Below, piece by piece: positions 63,482 through 64,000 of a stretch of 64,000 nt of DNA. The stretch spans positions 5,120,001 to 5,184,000 of the forward strand of contig CBDCTK010000002.1 of assembly GCA_965222225.1 (NCBI GenBank). Reading direction: 5' to 3'. The notes beneath the pieces are model-generated. The model saw only the letters and a program-made list of their open reading frames with translations, searched no databases and had not been told where the DNA came from. Both the position numbers and the translations under genes were made by a program. How positions within the stretch are numbered: position 1 is the stretch's first letter; each line of letters starts with the position of its first letter. This stretch comes from Candidatus Poribacteria bacterium. Its GTDB lineage: Bacteria > Poribacteria > WGA-4E > JAJDTR01.

Positions 63482-64000
63482 ATGGCTAGAACCGGACGCG
63501 CCACTGTGATGGTGGGCGAGCGCTTTGAAATACGCGAATATCCCGTACCCGATCCTGCACCGGGCACGGTCCTCTTGAGACAAGAACTCGGTGGTATCTG
63601 CGGCACCGACCTCCACAACTGGGAGTTTCAACGCATGGGGTTTGACGTCATTCCCGGTCACGAAAACGTGGGGGTGATTGACGCTTTGGGTGAAGACGTC
63701 GAAACCGATTACTTGGGGAATCCAGTGAAGGTCGGAGATCGCGTGGTGCTGTCCCCGAGCGTCGGCTACGGCTTCCTCCCATCGGAGGAGGCGCCTTACT
63801 TGCGCGGCGGCTTTGCGGAATACATTTATCTGTGGAATGCGGAGTCCATGTTCCTCAAGACCGAATTACGGCCCGAGATTGCGGTACTTAGCGAGCCTGC
63901 CTCGTGTGCCGCGCATTGCATTTCACGCGGAAAAATCCAGTTTGGTGACACCGTGGTTATCCAAGGAACAGGCCCCATCGGTCTCCTAGCGCTCAACTGG
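63482..64000 (+). CDS. Zn-binding dehydrogenase (MDR family), 3'-truncated by the window edge
   Basis: Not in the ORF track; manual translation MARTGRATVM...GICGTDLH...PGHENVG...VGDRV...GGFAEY...EP...QGTGPIG, open to the window end. Confidence 0.88.
   Translation, partial: MARTGRATVMVGERFEIREYPVPDPAPGTVLLRQELGGICGTDLHNWEFQRMGFDVIPGHENVGVIDALGEDVETDYLGNPVKVGDRVVLSPSVGYGFLPSEEAPYLRGGFAEYIYLWNAESMFLKTELRPEIAVLSEPASCAAHCISRGKIQFGDTVVIQGTGPIGLLALNW

Overview
Bacterial chromosomal window, mostly housekeeping and cell-envelope genes mixed with accessory material. The gene content (two PhyH dioxygenases, Gfo/Idh/MocA, many TPR/beta-propeller/lipoprotein genes, a CotH-LTD protein) resembles Poribacteria-type genomes, but this taxonomy is inference only. 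Recognisable genes are def, larE, glcF, mtnP, rlmN, gatB, pncB, lexA, mnmA, bioD, trpF, prs (frameshifted) and thiG, plus a BMP-type nucleoside ABC system and an RpoE/anti-sigma/MucB module. Accessory content includes a complete ~1 kb IS (17-bp IRs, TATTA target duplication), five disrupted genes, and a FokI-family Type IIS restriction-modification locus whose second methyltransferase is unrelated to the M.FokI C-terminal half. Two edge genes are missing from the ORF track (1..1704 minus, 63482..64000 plus). Best leads: (1) the FokI-like system, with substitutions at recalled base-contact residues and a replaced MTase, suggesting a new specificity; (2) a dispersed family of ~25-nt and ~12-17-nt GAT-initiated modules that concatenate and nest in GTAG REP-like hairpins; (3) a ~165-nt rod-like RNA candidate behind a perfect sigma70 promoter; (4) unusual envelope protein fusions; (5) a small CxxC/CxxC protein behind an ECF-type promoter. 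No tRNA, rRNA or CRISPR array was seen. All family calls are by motif recognition, not database search.
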